Sequence record: DRR723986_7087
Strand: one strand, 5' to 3'
DNA length: 64,000 nt
Positions 22,494 to 31,074 of the stretch are shown here, in pieces. Within the stretch, counting starts at the first letter, position 1. Each line of letters starts with the position of its first letter. The translations under genes were made by a program, and so were the position numbers. The notes beneath the pieces are model-generated. The model made no database searches and had not been told where the DNA came from. It worked only from the letters and a program-made list of their open reading frames with translations.

Positions 22494-23696
22494 TTAACAC
22501 CGCTCCAGCAACATTGCCGTTCCTGTGCCTGCGGCGCCGCTTGCCGCAACAATACCGCGTTTCAGGCCGCGGCGCTCAAGCTCGTCAATTAAGGTGCCCG
22601 CCATGATGGCGCCGGTTGCGCCCATGGGATGACCGAGTGCGATCACTCCGCCATTGACGTTGAGCTTGTCTTCGCTGATACCGAGGTCGCGCTGGCATTT
22701 GATCACCGTGGCGGCAAAGGCTTCATGCAGTTCGAACAGGTCGATCTCGTCGGCGGTTAACGCCTGCTCCTGCATAAGCTTTTGCGTGGCGGCGCAGCAG
22801 CCAGAGATGACGGTTAATGGATCGTCGCAAACACTGGCGACGGCGCAGATACGCGCGCGTGGCGCTTTACCCAGCGTTTCGCCCAATGCTTCGTCGCCCA
22901 CCAACACCAAGGCAGCGCCATCGGCCATCGCTGGCGAATTACCAGCGGTGTGAATATGCTGGATCTCGGTGAGTTTGGTATGCCCCTGAAGTTGCAAGGC
23001 ATCAACGCCTTTTGCGCCAAGCTCAGCAAAGGCCGGCGGCATTTGCGCCAGGGACTCCACGTTTGCGTTGTCGCGGATGCATTCATCGTGAACCACATTT
23101 ACACCTGTCTCAGGGTTTACAACCGGAACGACCGAGCGGAACCAGCCATTGTCACGCGCTCGGGCGGCGCGCTGCTGACTGGTTACGGCGACGCGGTCGG
23201 CGTCTTCGCGACTGATTTGATATTGGGAGGCAATCAGGTCCGCGCCGTTGCCCATCATTAACATTTGGCAGCGGGCCGCCATCTTGGGGTCCGTGAAGAC
23301 AGTCGCTTTATCGGACAACATCGGTACGCGAGACATCATTTCCACGCCGCCAGCAATGACCATACCGGCTTGCCCGCCCTGCACTTTCAGCGCGGCAAAA
23401 TTGATGGCGTCCAGGCCGGAGGAACAAAAACGGTTTACAGTAATACCGGGAACATGGCTGGGCCAGCCAGCATATAACAGTGAGGTTTTGGCGATATTTG
23501 CCGCCTGATCACCCGCCTGTGTTACACAGCCTAGAATCACATCATCAACCTGACTTTTGTCCAGTGGATTGCGCTCTGCCAAGGCATCATAAAGGGTTTT
23601 TAGCAGCGCCAGTGGCGACAATGCATGCAGACTACCCGTTTCTTTGGCGCGGCCGCGCGGTGTGCGAATAGCGTCGTAAATATAAGCGTGTGTCAT
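22494..23696 (-). CDS. Thiolase (acetyl-CoA C-acyltransferase family) with atypical active-site motifs
   Basis: AIRTPRG, VNRFCSSGL, HEAFAA and GHPMGATG; Ser replaces the C-terminal catalytic Cys. Confidence 0.92.
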   Translation of the reverse strand: MTHAYIYDAIRTPRGRAKETGSLHALSPLALLKTLYDALAERNPLDKSQVDDVILGCVTQAGDQAANIAKTSLLYAGWPSHVPGITVNRFCSSGLDAINFAALKVQGGQAGMVIAGGVEMMSRVPMLSDKATVFTDPKMAARCQMLMMGNGADLIASQYQISREDADRVAVTSQQRAARARDNGWFRSVVPVVNPETGVNVVHDECIRDNANVESLAQMPPAFAELGAKGVDALQLQGHTKLTEIQHIHTAGNSPAMADGAALVLVGDEALGETLGKAPRARICAVASVCDDPLTVISGCCAATQKLMQEQALTADEIDLFELHEAFAATVIKCQRDLGISEDKLNVNGGVIALGHPMGATGAIMAGTLIDELERRGLKRGIVAASGAAGTGTAMLLERC

Positions 23697-24925
23697 TCGT
23701 TAATTCCTACTATAAAGCTGGCACAGGTTGTGGCGCTGCCGCCAAGGTTGAAGGTGGCCATGTTTTTGGCATTGGTGATTTGCGTCTCCCCTGCTTGGCC
23801 GCTGACCTGCTTGTAGCAGTCCAACAGCATGCGTACGCCGGTCGCGCCCACGGGATGGCCCAGGCCGATCAAGCCGCCGCTGGCATTAATGGGAAAGTCG
23901 CCGTCTTTGCATATGCGCCCCTCCTCTATTGCTTTCCAGCTTTCGCCGGGCGCCGTTAAACCACAGTGATCGATCACCATGTACTCGGTAATGGAAAAAC
24001 AGTCGTGCACTTCAAGGCCGTCGAGTTGCAGCAAGTCAGTCATGTTTGCGCGCTTTAAGGCGTCGCGAATCAGCTGATTTACATGAGGGAAAAGGAGTGG
24101 CTGACCGTCGCTAAGGCGCAGCTTACTGCGCAGGTCGATGGCAGACGAGCGATGCCCCCAGCCTTTGATGCGGGGAATGTCACTCAGCGAAATGCCCTGC
24201 TGCGCGGCATAGCTTTTGGCGGCCGATTCACTTGCCAGGAAGACGCAGGCGGCGCCATCGGTGATTTGGCCGCAGTCAGATTTACGAACGCGCCCTTCTA
24301 TCGGTGGATTGTGTGCATCGCTTGAACTAAAAAACGCTGGCTCGAAGTTCCAGTGGCGACTTTGCGCCAAGGGGTTGTGCTTAGCGTTGCCGTAGTTGAT
24401 GCGCGATATCGTATGTAAGTGGTCAGTGTTAATGCCGTGGCGGCGGTCATATTCATCGATAATATCGCTAAACATGTAAGGCCAGGGGTAGTTAGCCTCT
24501 TGCGCCTCATAACCCTTCCACGTGGCGGCACCCAAATATTCAGCGCCGGTTTGCCCCGGTACATTGCGCATCATCTCCATGCCCAATACACAGGCTAGAT
24601 CGTAGTGGCCACATTCTATGTCTTTCATTGCCCCCAGTATTGCCATCGAACCCGATGCACATGCGGCTTCGTGGCGGCTGGTGGGTATGCCGTTTAACTC
24701 GGGGTACGCTTGCGCGAAAAAGCCGCCCAGCAAGCCCTGCCCAGTGAATAAATCGCCGACGAAATTTCCTACGTGCCCTACCTCAATTTGCTCCGGCGAC
24801 AAGCCCGTGGCCGCCAGTGCATCGTCGAGAACCGCCTTGAACATATCAAAGCTGTCCAGGTCTTCTCGCGCCCAGTTACGCGCGAAATCTGTTTGGCTGC
24901 CGCCCAGTATGTATACCGTCATCAT
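23693..24925 (-). CDS. SCP2-type thiolase (acetyl-CoA acetyltransferase family)
   Basis: EAACASG, EVHDCF and GHPVGATG motifs; 4-bp overlap with the downstream thiolase. Confidence 0.9.
   Translation of the reverse strand: MMTVYILGGSQTDFARNWAREDLDSFDMFKAVLDDALAATGLSPEQIEVGHVGNFVGDLFTGQGLLGGFFAQAYPELNGIPTSRHEAACASGSMAILGAMKDIECGHYDLACVLGMEMMRNVPGQTGAEYLGAATWKGYEAQEANYPWPYMFSDIIDEYDRRHGINTDHLHTISRINYGNAKHNPLAQSRHWNFEPAFFSSSDAHNPPIEGRVRKSDCGQITDGAACVFLASESAAKSYAAQQGISLSDIPRIKGWGHRSSAIDLRSKLRLSDGQPLLFPHVNQLIRDALKRANMTDLLQLDGLEVHDCFSITEYMVIDHCGLTAPGESWKAIEEGRICKDGDFPINASGGLIGLGHPVGATGVRMLLDCYKQVSGQAGETQITNAKNMATFNLGGSATTCASFIVGINE
24735..24742 (-). other. KOPS octamer in reverse orientation, pointing back to dif
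   Basis: CCCTGCCC on the + strand; others at 26762, 30589, 33380 and 48466. Confidence 0.55.
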
Positions 24926-24955
24926 GGACTCCTTTTTGCTGAATGACCGATGCCG

Positions 24956-26623
24956 TTATTCGGCGGATATCTGTTCTTGTAGGGCAAAACGCTGCACTTT
25001 TCCGAGGGCGTTTCGCGGCAGCGTTTCTAATAACTCCAGGCGCTCGGGCAATTTGATTTTGGCAACGCCCTTGGCCTGAAGAAAGGCGATAACATCCTGT
25101 AGGCTAGGCGGCGCCTCGGCGGCATTGGGCACGACACAGGCGCAAATACGTTCGCCTAAGATGCTGTCTGGATAAGCGCACACGGCGGCCTCCTGTGCGC
25201 CGGGCAACCCTTCGAGCAACACGTCGATCTCCGAGGGAGACAGCTTCATACCGCCGCGATTAATAATGTCTTTACAGCGCCCGGCAATGCGATAGAACTG
25301 CTGCTGGTCGCCGCAAATTTCCACCAAATCACCGGTTAGAAAGTAGCCGTCGTCGGTGAAAACATCGCTATTATCCGTTTGCCAGTATCCGTCGAAAACC
25401 GTCGGGCCTTTCACCGCAAGCTCGCCGGCCACACCTGACGCCGTAATTTCTTCGCCAGTATCCGGGTTGAGCACTTTAGTCCAGATGGTTTTGCTCGCGG
25501 ACGACGGCCACTCCAGCCCGGCACTGCCAAAGCGAGGAAACATAAAGGCGCGCACCGCCGGGTCGGCAACATCTTTCGGCTTAGAAAGGAGGTTAATACC
25601 CTCGTTAGAGCCGTAGTAATTGACAATGCATTTCCCGTAGTCGCGCTCAAACTTCTCCATCATCCACGGTGCCAACGGCGCCGAACCCGAGCCGATAGAG
25701 CGCAATGCCGAGAAGTCGAACTGCTGCCACATGGCCTCGTTTTTCGCGAGCTGATTGAGCACCGCAGGCGGGATAATGGTGAAGTTCACCTTCTCGTCCT
25801 GCATCTGCTGAAGAAAGACGCCGGGATCAAAGGGATGGTGCAGTACCAGGCTGCAACGCTTCAGCAGCCATGCATACAAGAACGCACTGATAGAGGCCAT
25901 ATTGACCATTGGAAAGGCATTTAACAGCACATCGCCGCTTTGGTAGTCGCCGGCTTCAATACAGTTGCGGCCAACAGTTACCCACATATTGTGCGAGCGA
26001 GGCACTCCCTTAGGCATGCCAGTGGTACCAGAGGTCCAGCAGACAGTGGTAATACGGTTGGCATCGCTGGAAACGGCCTCAAGCGCGCGAAGCTTTGCCG
26101 CGGCACCCACATCCGCTCGAGTCTGCAAATGCAGGTCTTTACCAAACAACAATACGCTGAGGTTTGTGGGTAAATTGGCGCCCCGCTCGCTGCCCAGCGG
26201 CTCGCCTTTAAACTGCGCGATACTGATTAGTGCGCGTGCATTTAGCGATTCGGCAAAGTGCTTAAGTTCGTAGTCGCCGTATTGCACCGGCACCGGTGAA
26301 ATGATCGCACCAATACGACTCAGCGCCAGATAACACACCACCAGTTCGACAATATTCGGCAGTTGTACGATCACCGTATCGTCTTCGCCGATACCGCGTT
26401 CCACCAAGGCTAGCGCGAGGTTGTAGCTGGCATGTTGCAGGGATTCATAGCTTAAACGCAGCGGCTCAGATCCGACCAGGTCCTGCCGGTTCGGTGCATC
26501 GGCCACGGCCATTTGTTGCGGCACGTTGGCACTGTGCTCGTCGAGTAATTGATGCAATACGCGGCCTTCCCAAAGCCCGCTAGCTTGATAGGTGTCAATG
26601 GTATGTTGTGGTGATGTAATCAT
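24956..26623 (-). CDS. AMP-dependent acyl/aryl-CoA ligase (ANL superfamily)
   Basis: WTSGTTGMPKG, YGSNEG, TGDL, GRCKDIINRGG and LPRNALGKV motifs. Confidence 0.92.
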   Translation of the reverse strand: MITSPQHTIDTYQASGLWEGRVLHQLLDEHSANVPQQMAVADAPNRQDLVGSEPLRLSYESLQHASYNLALALVERGIGEDDTVIVQLPNIVELVVCYLALSRIGAIISPVPVQYGDYELKHFAESLNARALISIAQFKGEPLGSERGANLPTNLSVLLFGKDLHLQTRADVGAAAKLRALEAVSSDANRITTVCWTSGTTGMPKGVPRSHNMWVTVGRNCIEAGDYQSGDVLLNAFPMVNMASISAFLYAWLLKRCSLVLHHPFDPGVFLQQMQDEKVNFTIIPPAVLNQLAKNEAMWQQFDFSALRSIGSGSAPLAPWMMEKFERDYGKCIVNYYGSNEGINLLSKPKDVADPAVRAFMFPRFGSAGLEWPSSASKTIWTKVLNPDTGEEITASGVAGELAVKGPTVFDGYWQTDNSDVFTDDGYFLTGDLVEICGDQQQFYRIAGRCKDIINRGGMKLSPSEIDVLLEGLPGAQEAAVCAYPDSILGERICACVVPNAAEAPPSLQDVIAFLQAKGVAKIKLPERLELLETLPRNALGKVQRFALQEQISAE

Positions 26624-26676
26624 GGCTTACCGTTCGTTTTATTATTGAATTGGAAAAGACGAGCCGCCCTTAGGCG

Positions 26677-27642
26677 CTATTGGCTCGACGCCTGGCGATA
26701 TTCTTCTTCCAGTTGGTCGACCACCTCGCTGATCGACTGCTGGGCGCGAATCGCGCCAACGCCCTGCCCCGCTGCCCATATATCGCGCCAGCGTTTGGCA
26801 TCGCCAGCGGCTTTCATAAAATCAATATCCGCAGCGGCGGGCATATTGGCGGGATCGTAGCCGCCCTGCTCCAGGCTCTTGCGTAGCCAATTGGCTTTCA
26901 CCCCGGTGATCGCATCACTGGTGATAATGTCGGCCCCGGAGGACTCAACCACCATTTGTTTATAGGCGTCTTGCGCCCGGCTTTCGTGGGTGGGAATGAA
27001 GCGAGTGCCCATGTACACGTAATCGGCCCCCATTACTTCGGCCGCGCGCAGGGCGCGGCCACTGCTAATCGCGCCAGAGAGAATGATCTCGCCGTCAAAA
27101 AAGCTCCGCACCTCTTCAACAAAGGCAAAAGGCGATAATTGACCGGTGTGGCCGCCCGCCCCCGCACAAACCAGCGCCAAACCATCCACACCCGATGCCG
27201 CCGCCTTGCGGGCAAACTCCAGCGAAACGACATCTGCATAAATTTTTCCGCCGTAGCTGTGTACCTGCTCCACGGCATCCTTCGGGCTACCCAAGGCGGT
27301 AATCACAATCGGTGCGCGGTATTTAACGGCTAATGCTAAGTCCTCGTAACAGCGCGGATTGGTGCGATGCATCACCAGGTTCATTGCCCAGGGAGCGGCA
27401 TCAGGGCTGTCGGCCAGCGCCTGTGTGATTTCTGCCAACCAGGTGTCCAGGTCTTCAACGGTGCGCGCATTCGGCGACGGGAACGAACCAACGATGCCCG
27501 CTCGGCAACTGGCAATCACCATTTCCGGCCCTGACAACAAAAACATGGGGGCCTGAATGATCGGCAGACGCAAATTACCGGCGCTGCGATGGCGTGGATG
27601 CGCCCCCTCAGGAAGAGGCTTCGATGCAGGGTGTTGTGACAT
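26677..27642 (-). CDS. Nitronate monooxygenase / FabK-like flavin oxidoreductase
   Basis: PIIQAPMF, GAGGHTG, YMGTRFI and IWAAGQGVG motifs. Confidence 0.88.
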   Translation of the reverse strand: MSQHPASKPLPEGAHPRHRSAGNLRLPIIQAPMFLLSGPEMVIASCRAGIVGSFPSPNARTVEDLDTWLAEITQALADSPDAAPWAMNLVMHRTNPRCYEDLALAVKYRAPIVITALGSPKDAVEQVHSYGGKIYADVVSLEFARKAAASGVDGLALVCAGAGGHTGQLSPFAFVEEVRSFFDGEIILSGAISSGRALRAAEVMGADYVYMGTRFIPTHESRAQDAYKQMVVESSGADIITSDAITGVKANWLRKSLEQGGYDPANMPAAADIDFMKAAGDAKRWRDIWAAGQGVGAIRAQQSISEVVDQLEEEYRQASSQ

Positions 27643-27670
27643 TTACTGGTCGCTCCAAATCAACAATATT

Positions 27671-27687
27671 ACTTTTCTTATTGAACC
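27671..27687 (-). promoter_or_regulatory. Candidate operator 1 of the tandem-HxlR regulator
   Basis: Minus strand GGTTCAATAAGAAAAGT, matching sites at 27820 and 34449. Confidence 0.45.
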
Positions 27688-27819
27688 AACATGCTATAAC
27701 AAATCCTTTTGAAACGACAATAGAACTCCAGCAATTAAAATTTTTAATTATATAACTATATGTTTTGCAATATCTTTTATCGATTACGACACATCGGCTT
27801 ATCGACATCGCAAAAAAAG

Positions 27820-27851
27820 GCTTGCGCTATTAGACCATAAATTTATAGACT
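27820..27851 (+). promoter_or_regulatory. Candidate promoter of the oxygenase operon overlapped by candidate operator 2
   Basis: TTGCGC (27822)-18 nt-TAGACT (27846); 27820-27836 on the minus strand reads GGTCTAATAGCGCAAGC. Confidence 0.45.
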
Positions 27852-27922
27852 CCTGATCAAACGCTGAGCGATACCGCCGTAGCGACCGCCGGATAACGTT
27901 AATAAAAACAAGGGAGAGGACT

Positions 27923-29437
27923 ATGACCCGCCAAACCAACCCACAGAGTGACTTCCCCATTACTGAGGCCTCTCTGGGAGCGGCGCCACAACTCAACGAT
28001 GCCCCGTCTTGGATCTATGAGATTGATAACCCCTACTTGCATGGTGTTTACGCGCCGACGGAAAACATCAATATCAGTGCAGATCAGTTAACCGTCGAAG
28101 GTGAGATACCCACGGATATGCATGGCGCCTACCTGCGCAATGGGCCAAATCCGCGTCAAAAGCCGAAGAACCAGTACCACTCTTTCGATGGCGACGGCTT
28201 AGTTCACGGCGTCTACTTTGCCGATGGCAAGGTGAGTTATCGCAATAGCCAAATTCTGACGGCAGCGTTATTGCGCGAACAGCAAGAGCAGCAAGCCGTA
28301 TGGCCCGGCGTGATGGGCCCGTTTGATTTTTCGCTGCCAGACTTTCCCATTAAAGACACCTCCAACACAGATATCATTTGGCACAACGGCCGCCTGATTA
28401 CGCTGTGGTACAACTCTGGCATCCCCTACACCATGGACCCAATAACGCTGGAGAATCTTGGGCCACTGGACTCCCCCAGCGCCCTGACGCGCAAAATGTC
28501 TGCACATTCTCGGGTGGACTGGCAAACCGGAGAGATGTTCTTTTTCGACTACGGCGACACGCCGCCTTATATGACCTACGGCGTATTGAATCCGGACGGC
28601 ACCCTCAAGCACGAATGCGCGATCGACCTACCCGCACCACGGCTGCCACACGAGATCACCTTCACGGAAAATTACGCGATCCTGCACGACCACCCCCTGT
28701 TCCATGACATCGATGTGCTTAAACGGCACAACATGCGCGTTATTCGCTTTCATCGCGACATGCCGTCGCGGTTTGGTCTCATTCCGCGCCTGGGCACCCA
28801 GGTTCGCTGGTTTGAGTGCGAGCCCTGCTATGTATTGCATACGTCAAACGCGTGGGAAGATGGCGACTGGGTCACCATTGATGGCTGTCGCTCGACCAAC
28901 CCGATGCCCGATGCCGACCCCAGCGAAGGCGCACTCTCGCACATGCTGGCCTACATGCGCCTGGAGGCAAACAACTATCGCTGGCGCTTTAATATACGCA
29001 CCGGCGAGGTTCGCGAAGGGCCTATTTGTGACCTGAACTCAGAGTTCAATAAATCCAATCAGATCTTTCACGGCGTGAAGACTCGCTACGCCTATCACCA
29101 AAAAATCCCCCTGCGCGCCGAAGGCGGCCATACCCTGCGCTTCACTGGCCTAATCAAATACGACAATGATACCGGCCACCGCCAGGAGTGGGATTACGGC
29201 CCCGGCGTGTTCGGTAGCGAGGCAGTCTTCGTGCCCAAACGCGGTGCCGATCGCAGCAGTGAAGAGGACGATGGCTACGTCACCAATATCGTGACCGACA
29301 CCAAAGACTGGACGTCTTATTGCCTGGTGTTCAACGCCAAAGATGTCAGCCTCGGCCCCATTGCCAAAATAAAACTGCCTCACCGCGTGCCCTATGGCTT
29401 TCATGGATGGTGGGCGCGAGGCCAGGACATCTACTGA
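27923..29437 (+). CDS. Carotenoid cleavage oxygenase family protein (RPE65/CCO/lignostilbene dioxygenase-like)
   Basis: NPYLHGVYAP, GAYLRNGPNP and FDGDG; four Fe-ligand His (SAHS, LPHE, VLHTSNAW, GFHGWW); GGGAGAGG RBS. Confidence 0.93.
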   Translation: MTRQTNPQSDFPITEASLGAAPQLNDAPSWIYEIDNPYLHGVYAPTENINISADQLTVEGEIPTDMHGAYLRNGPNPRQKPKNQYHSFDGDGLVHGVYFADGKVSYRNSQILTAALLREQQEQQAVWPGVMGPFDFSLPDFPIKDTSNTDIIWHNGRLITLWYNSGIPYTMDPITLENLGPLDSPSALTRKMSAHSRVDWQTGEMFFFDYGDTPPYMTYGVLNPDGTLKHECAIDLPAPRLPHEITFTENYAILHDHPLFHDIDVLKRHNMRVIRFHRDMPSRFGLIPRLGTQVRWFECEPCYVLHTSNAWEDGDWVTIDGCRSTNPMPDADPSEGALSHMLAYMRLEANNYRWRFNIRTGEVREGPICDLNSEFNKSNQIFHGVKTRYAYHQKIPLRAEGGHTLRFTGLIKYDNDTGHRQEWDYGPGVFGSEAVFVPKRGADRSSEEDDGYVTNIVTDTKDWTSYCLVFNAKDVSLGPIAKIKLPHRVPYGFHGWWARGQDIY

Positions 29438-29483
29438 TAATTGTCCTGCCTGCGGTTACACACATAACAATAAGGCTTTACCT

Positions 29484-31022
29484 ATGACCGTCGTTACTCG
29501 CCTCGCGCTGCTGCTTGCCAGTATCGTGATCAGCAGCTCAGCGCTTGCAGAACGCGCTGACCCCGAACCCGCGCTGGCAAAACGCTGCCCGAGCTTGGCC
29601 GCTCCCGCCGGCACGGTATTGGCCCAGCCTCCCTCGTGGCACAGCAGCGAGCCGCTGCCTGCGCACTGCCGAGTGCGCGGGCAGATACAGGGTCGTACCC
29701 ATTTCGAATTACGGCTCCCCGAGTCGTGGAATGGCCGTTTTGTAATGGCGGGCTGCGGTGGTTTTTGCGGCAGTTTGCTGCCCGACAAACCGGGGTTTTC
29801 CAACAGCATTAACGAAGCACTGAAAAAAGGCTATGCGGCGATCAGTCACGACGGCGGGCACAGCGGCCAAAGCTGGGAGACCCAATGGGCCTATAACGAC
29901 GCCGAAGCGCTGGAACTTTACGCCCACAAAGTACTGCCAGTGGTTACCGACGTCGGCGTAGCGCTCACCACAGCGTTCTACGGCAAAGCGCCCCACCACC
30001 GCTACTTTTCCGGCTGCTCCAACGGTGGCCGACTGGGCATGATAGCCGCCCAACGCTACCCAGACTTGTTTGACGGTATCGCCGCCGGCGGCAGTATTTT
30101 CAGCCTGAGCGAAATTGCCGGTAAATGGGGCAATTGGATGACCCGCCAAACCACCCATCACGGCAAGCCGGTCATTCCTCGCCGCAACAACGACTTATTA
30201 AAAGACGCCGTCATGGCGCAGTGCGACGGCATAGACGGCCAGCGCGACGGTATTATTTCTGCGCCACAGCAGTGTCGGCCTAGCTTCGCCGCGCTCGCGT
30301 GCAAATCGGGCGACGCGTCTGAGCGATGCTTTACCAAAAACGCCATCGCACGCCTTGAGCGCCTGTACAGCGGCCAACCCGTTCCCGGAGCACCGCCAGT
30401 CACCCAGACCCTCGCACCTGGCGCCGAGCACTACACCGACATCTGGTTATTTGGCGATGACGAGAACGCGGCATGGGGTCTGGCCGCGTCAACAGGCTAC
30501 CGCAACCTACTTTCACAGGAACTCTTTCAGCGCGATCACAACGCCGCGCTGGACCACAACACCTTAGCGGCGTGGCTGGACAAATCTGCCCTACCCGCCC
30601 TGCTCGACGCCGACAATCCCGACCTGTCTGCGCTGGCTCAGACGGGCGGCAAATTATTCCTCTACCACGGCTGGGCGGACCCACTGATTATTCCTGGGCC
30701 AATCGTGGATTACTACCGCGCGGCGGCCGCACATAGCGGCGGCGTGGACAAACTGAAGAATCACGCGCGGCTATTTATGCTGCCGGGCTGGGGACACTGC
30801 TGGGAGCGCCCCGCCGATGCCCCCGATCAATTTGACCCGCTTGAGCTCGTGGCGAACTGGGTAGAAACCGGTGTTGCACCAGAGCAATTTACCGCGAGTC
30901 AGCATGATGATCAGCAGCATGTCGTACGAACGCGCCCCATTTGCGCCTACCCAAATGTCGCGACGTTAAGCAAGCCCGATTCCCCCGATCACGCCGCCAG
31001 CTATACCTGCTCGCCGCCGTGA
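29484..31022 (+). CDS. Secreted tannase/feruloyl esterase family alpha/beta hydrolase
   Basis: Signal peptide from ATG 29484; WNGRF..GCGGF, GCSNGG nucleophile, YHGWADP and PGWGHC (CS-D-HC motif), RTRPICAYP. Confidence 0.92.
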   Translation: MTVVTRLALLLASIVISSSALAERADPEPALAKRCPSLAAPAGTVLAQPPSWHSSEPLPAHCRVRGQIQGRTHFELRLPESWNGRFVMAGCGGFCGSLLPDKPGFSNSINEALKKGYAAISHDGGHSGQSWETQWAYNDAEALELYAHKVLPVVTDVGVALTTAFYGKAPHHRYFSGCSNGGRLGMIAAQRYPDLFDGIAAGGSIFSLSEIAGKWGNWMTRQTTHHGKPVIPRRNNDLLKDAVMAQCDGIDGQRDGIISAPQQCRPSFAALACKSGDASERCFTKNAIARLERLYSGQPVPGAPPVTQTLAPGAEHYTDIWLFGDDENAAWGLAASTGYRNLLSQELFQRDHNAALDHNTLAAWLDKSALPALLDADNPDLSALAQTGGKLFLYHGWADPLIIPGPIVDYYRAAAAHSGGVDKLKNHARLFMLPGWGHCWERPADAPDQFDPLELVANWVETGVAPEQFTASQHDDQQHVVRTRPICAYPNVATLSKPDSPDHAASYTCSPP

Positions 31023-31074
31023 TCCCACTAATGATTTCAATTTGGAATAACAATAAAACAGCGGAGAAATAGCG

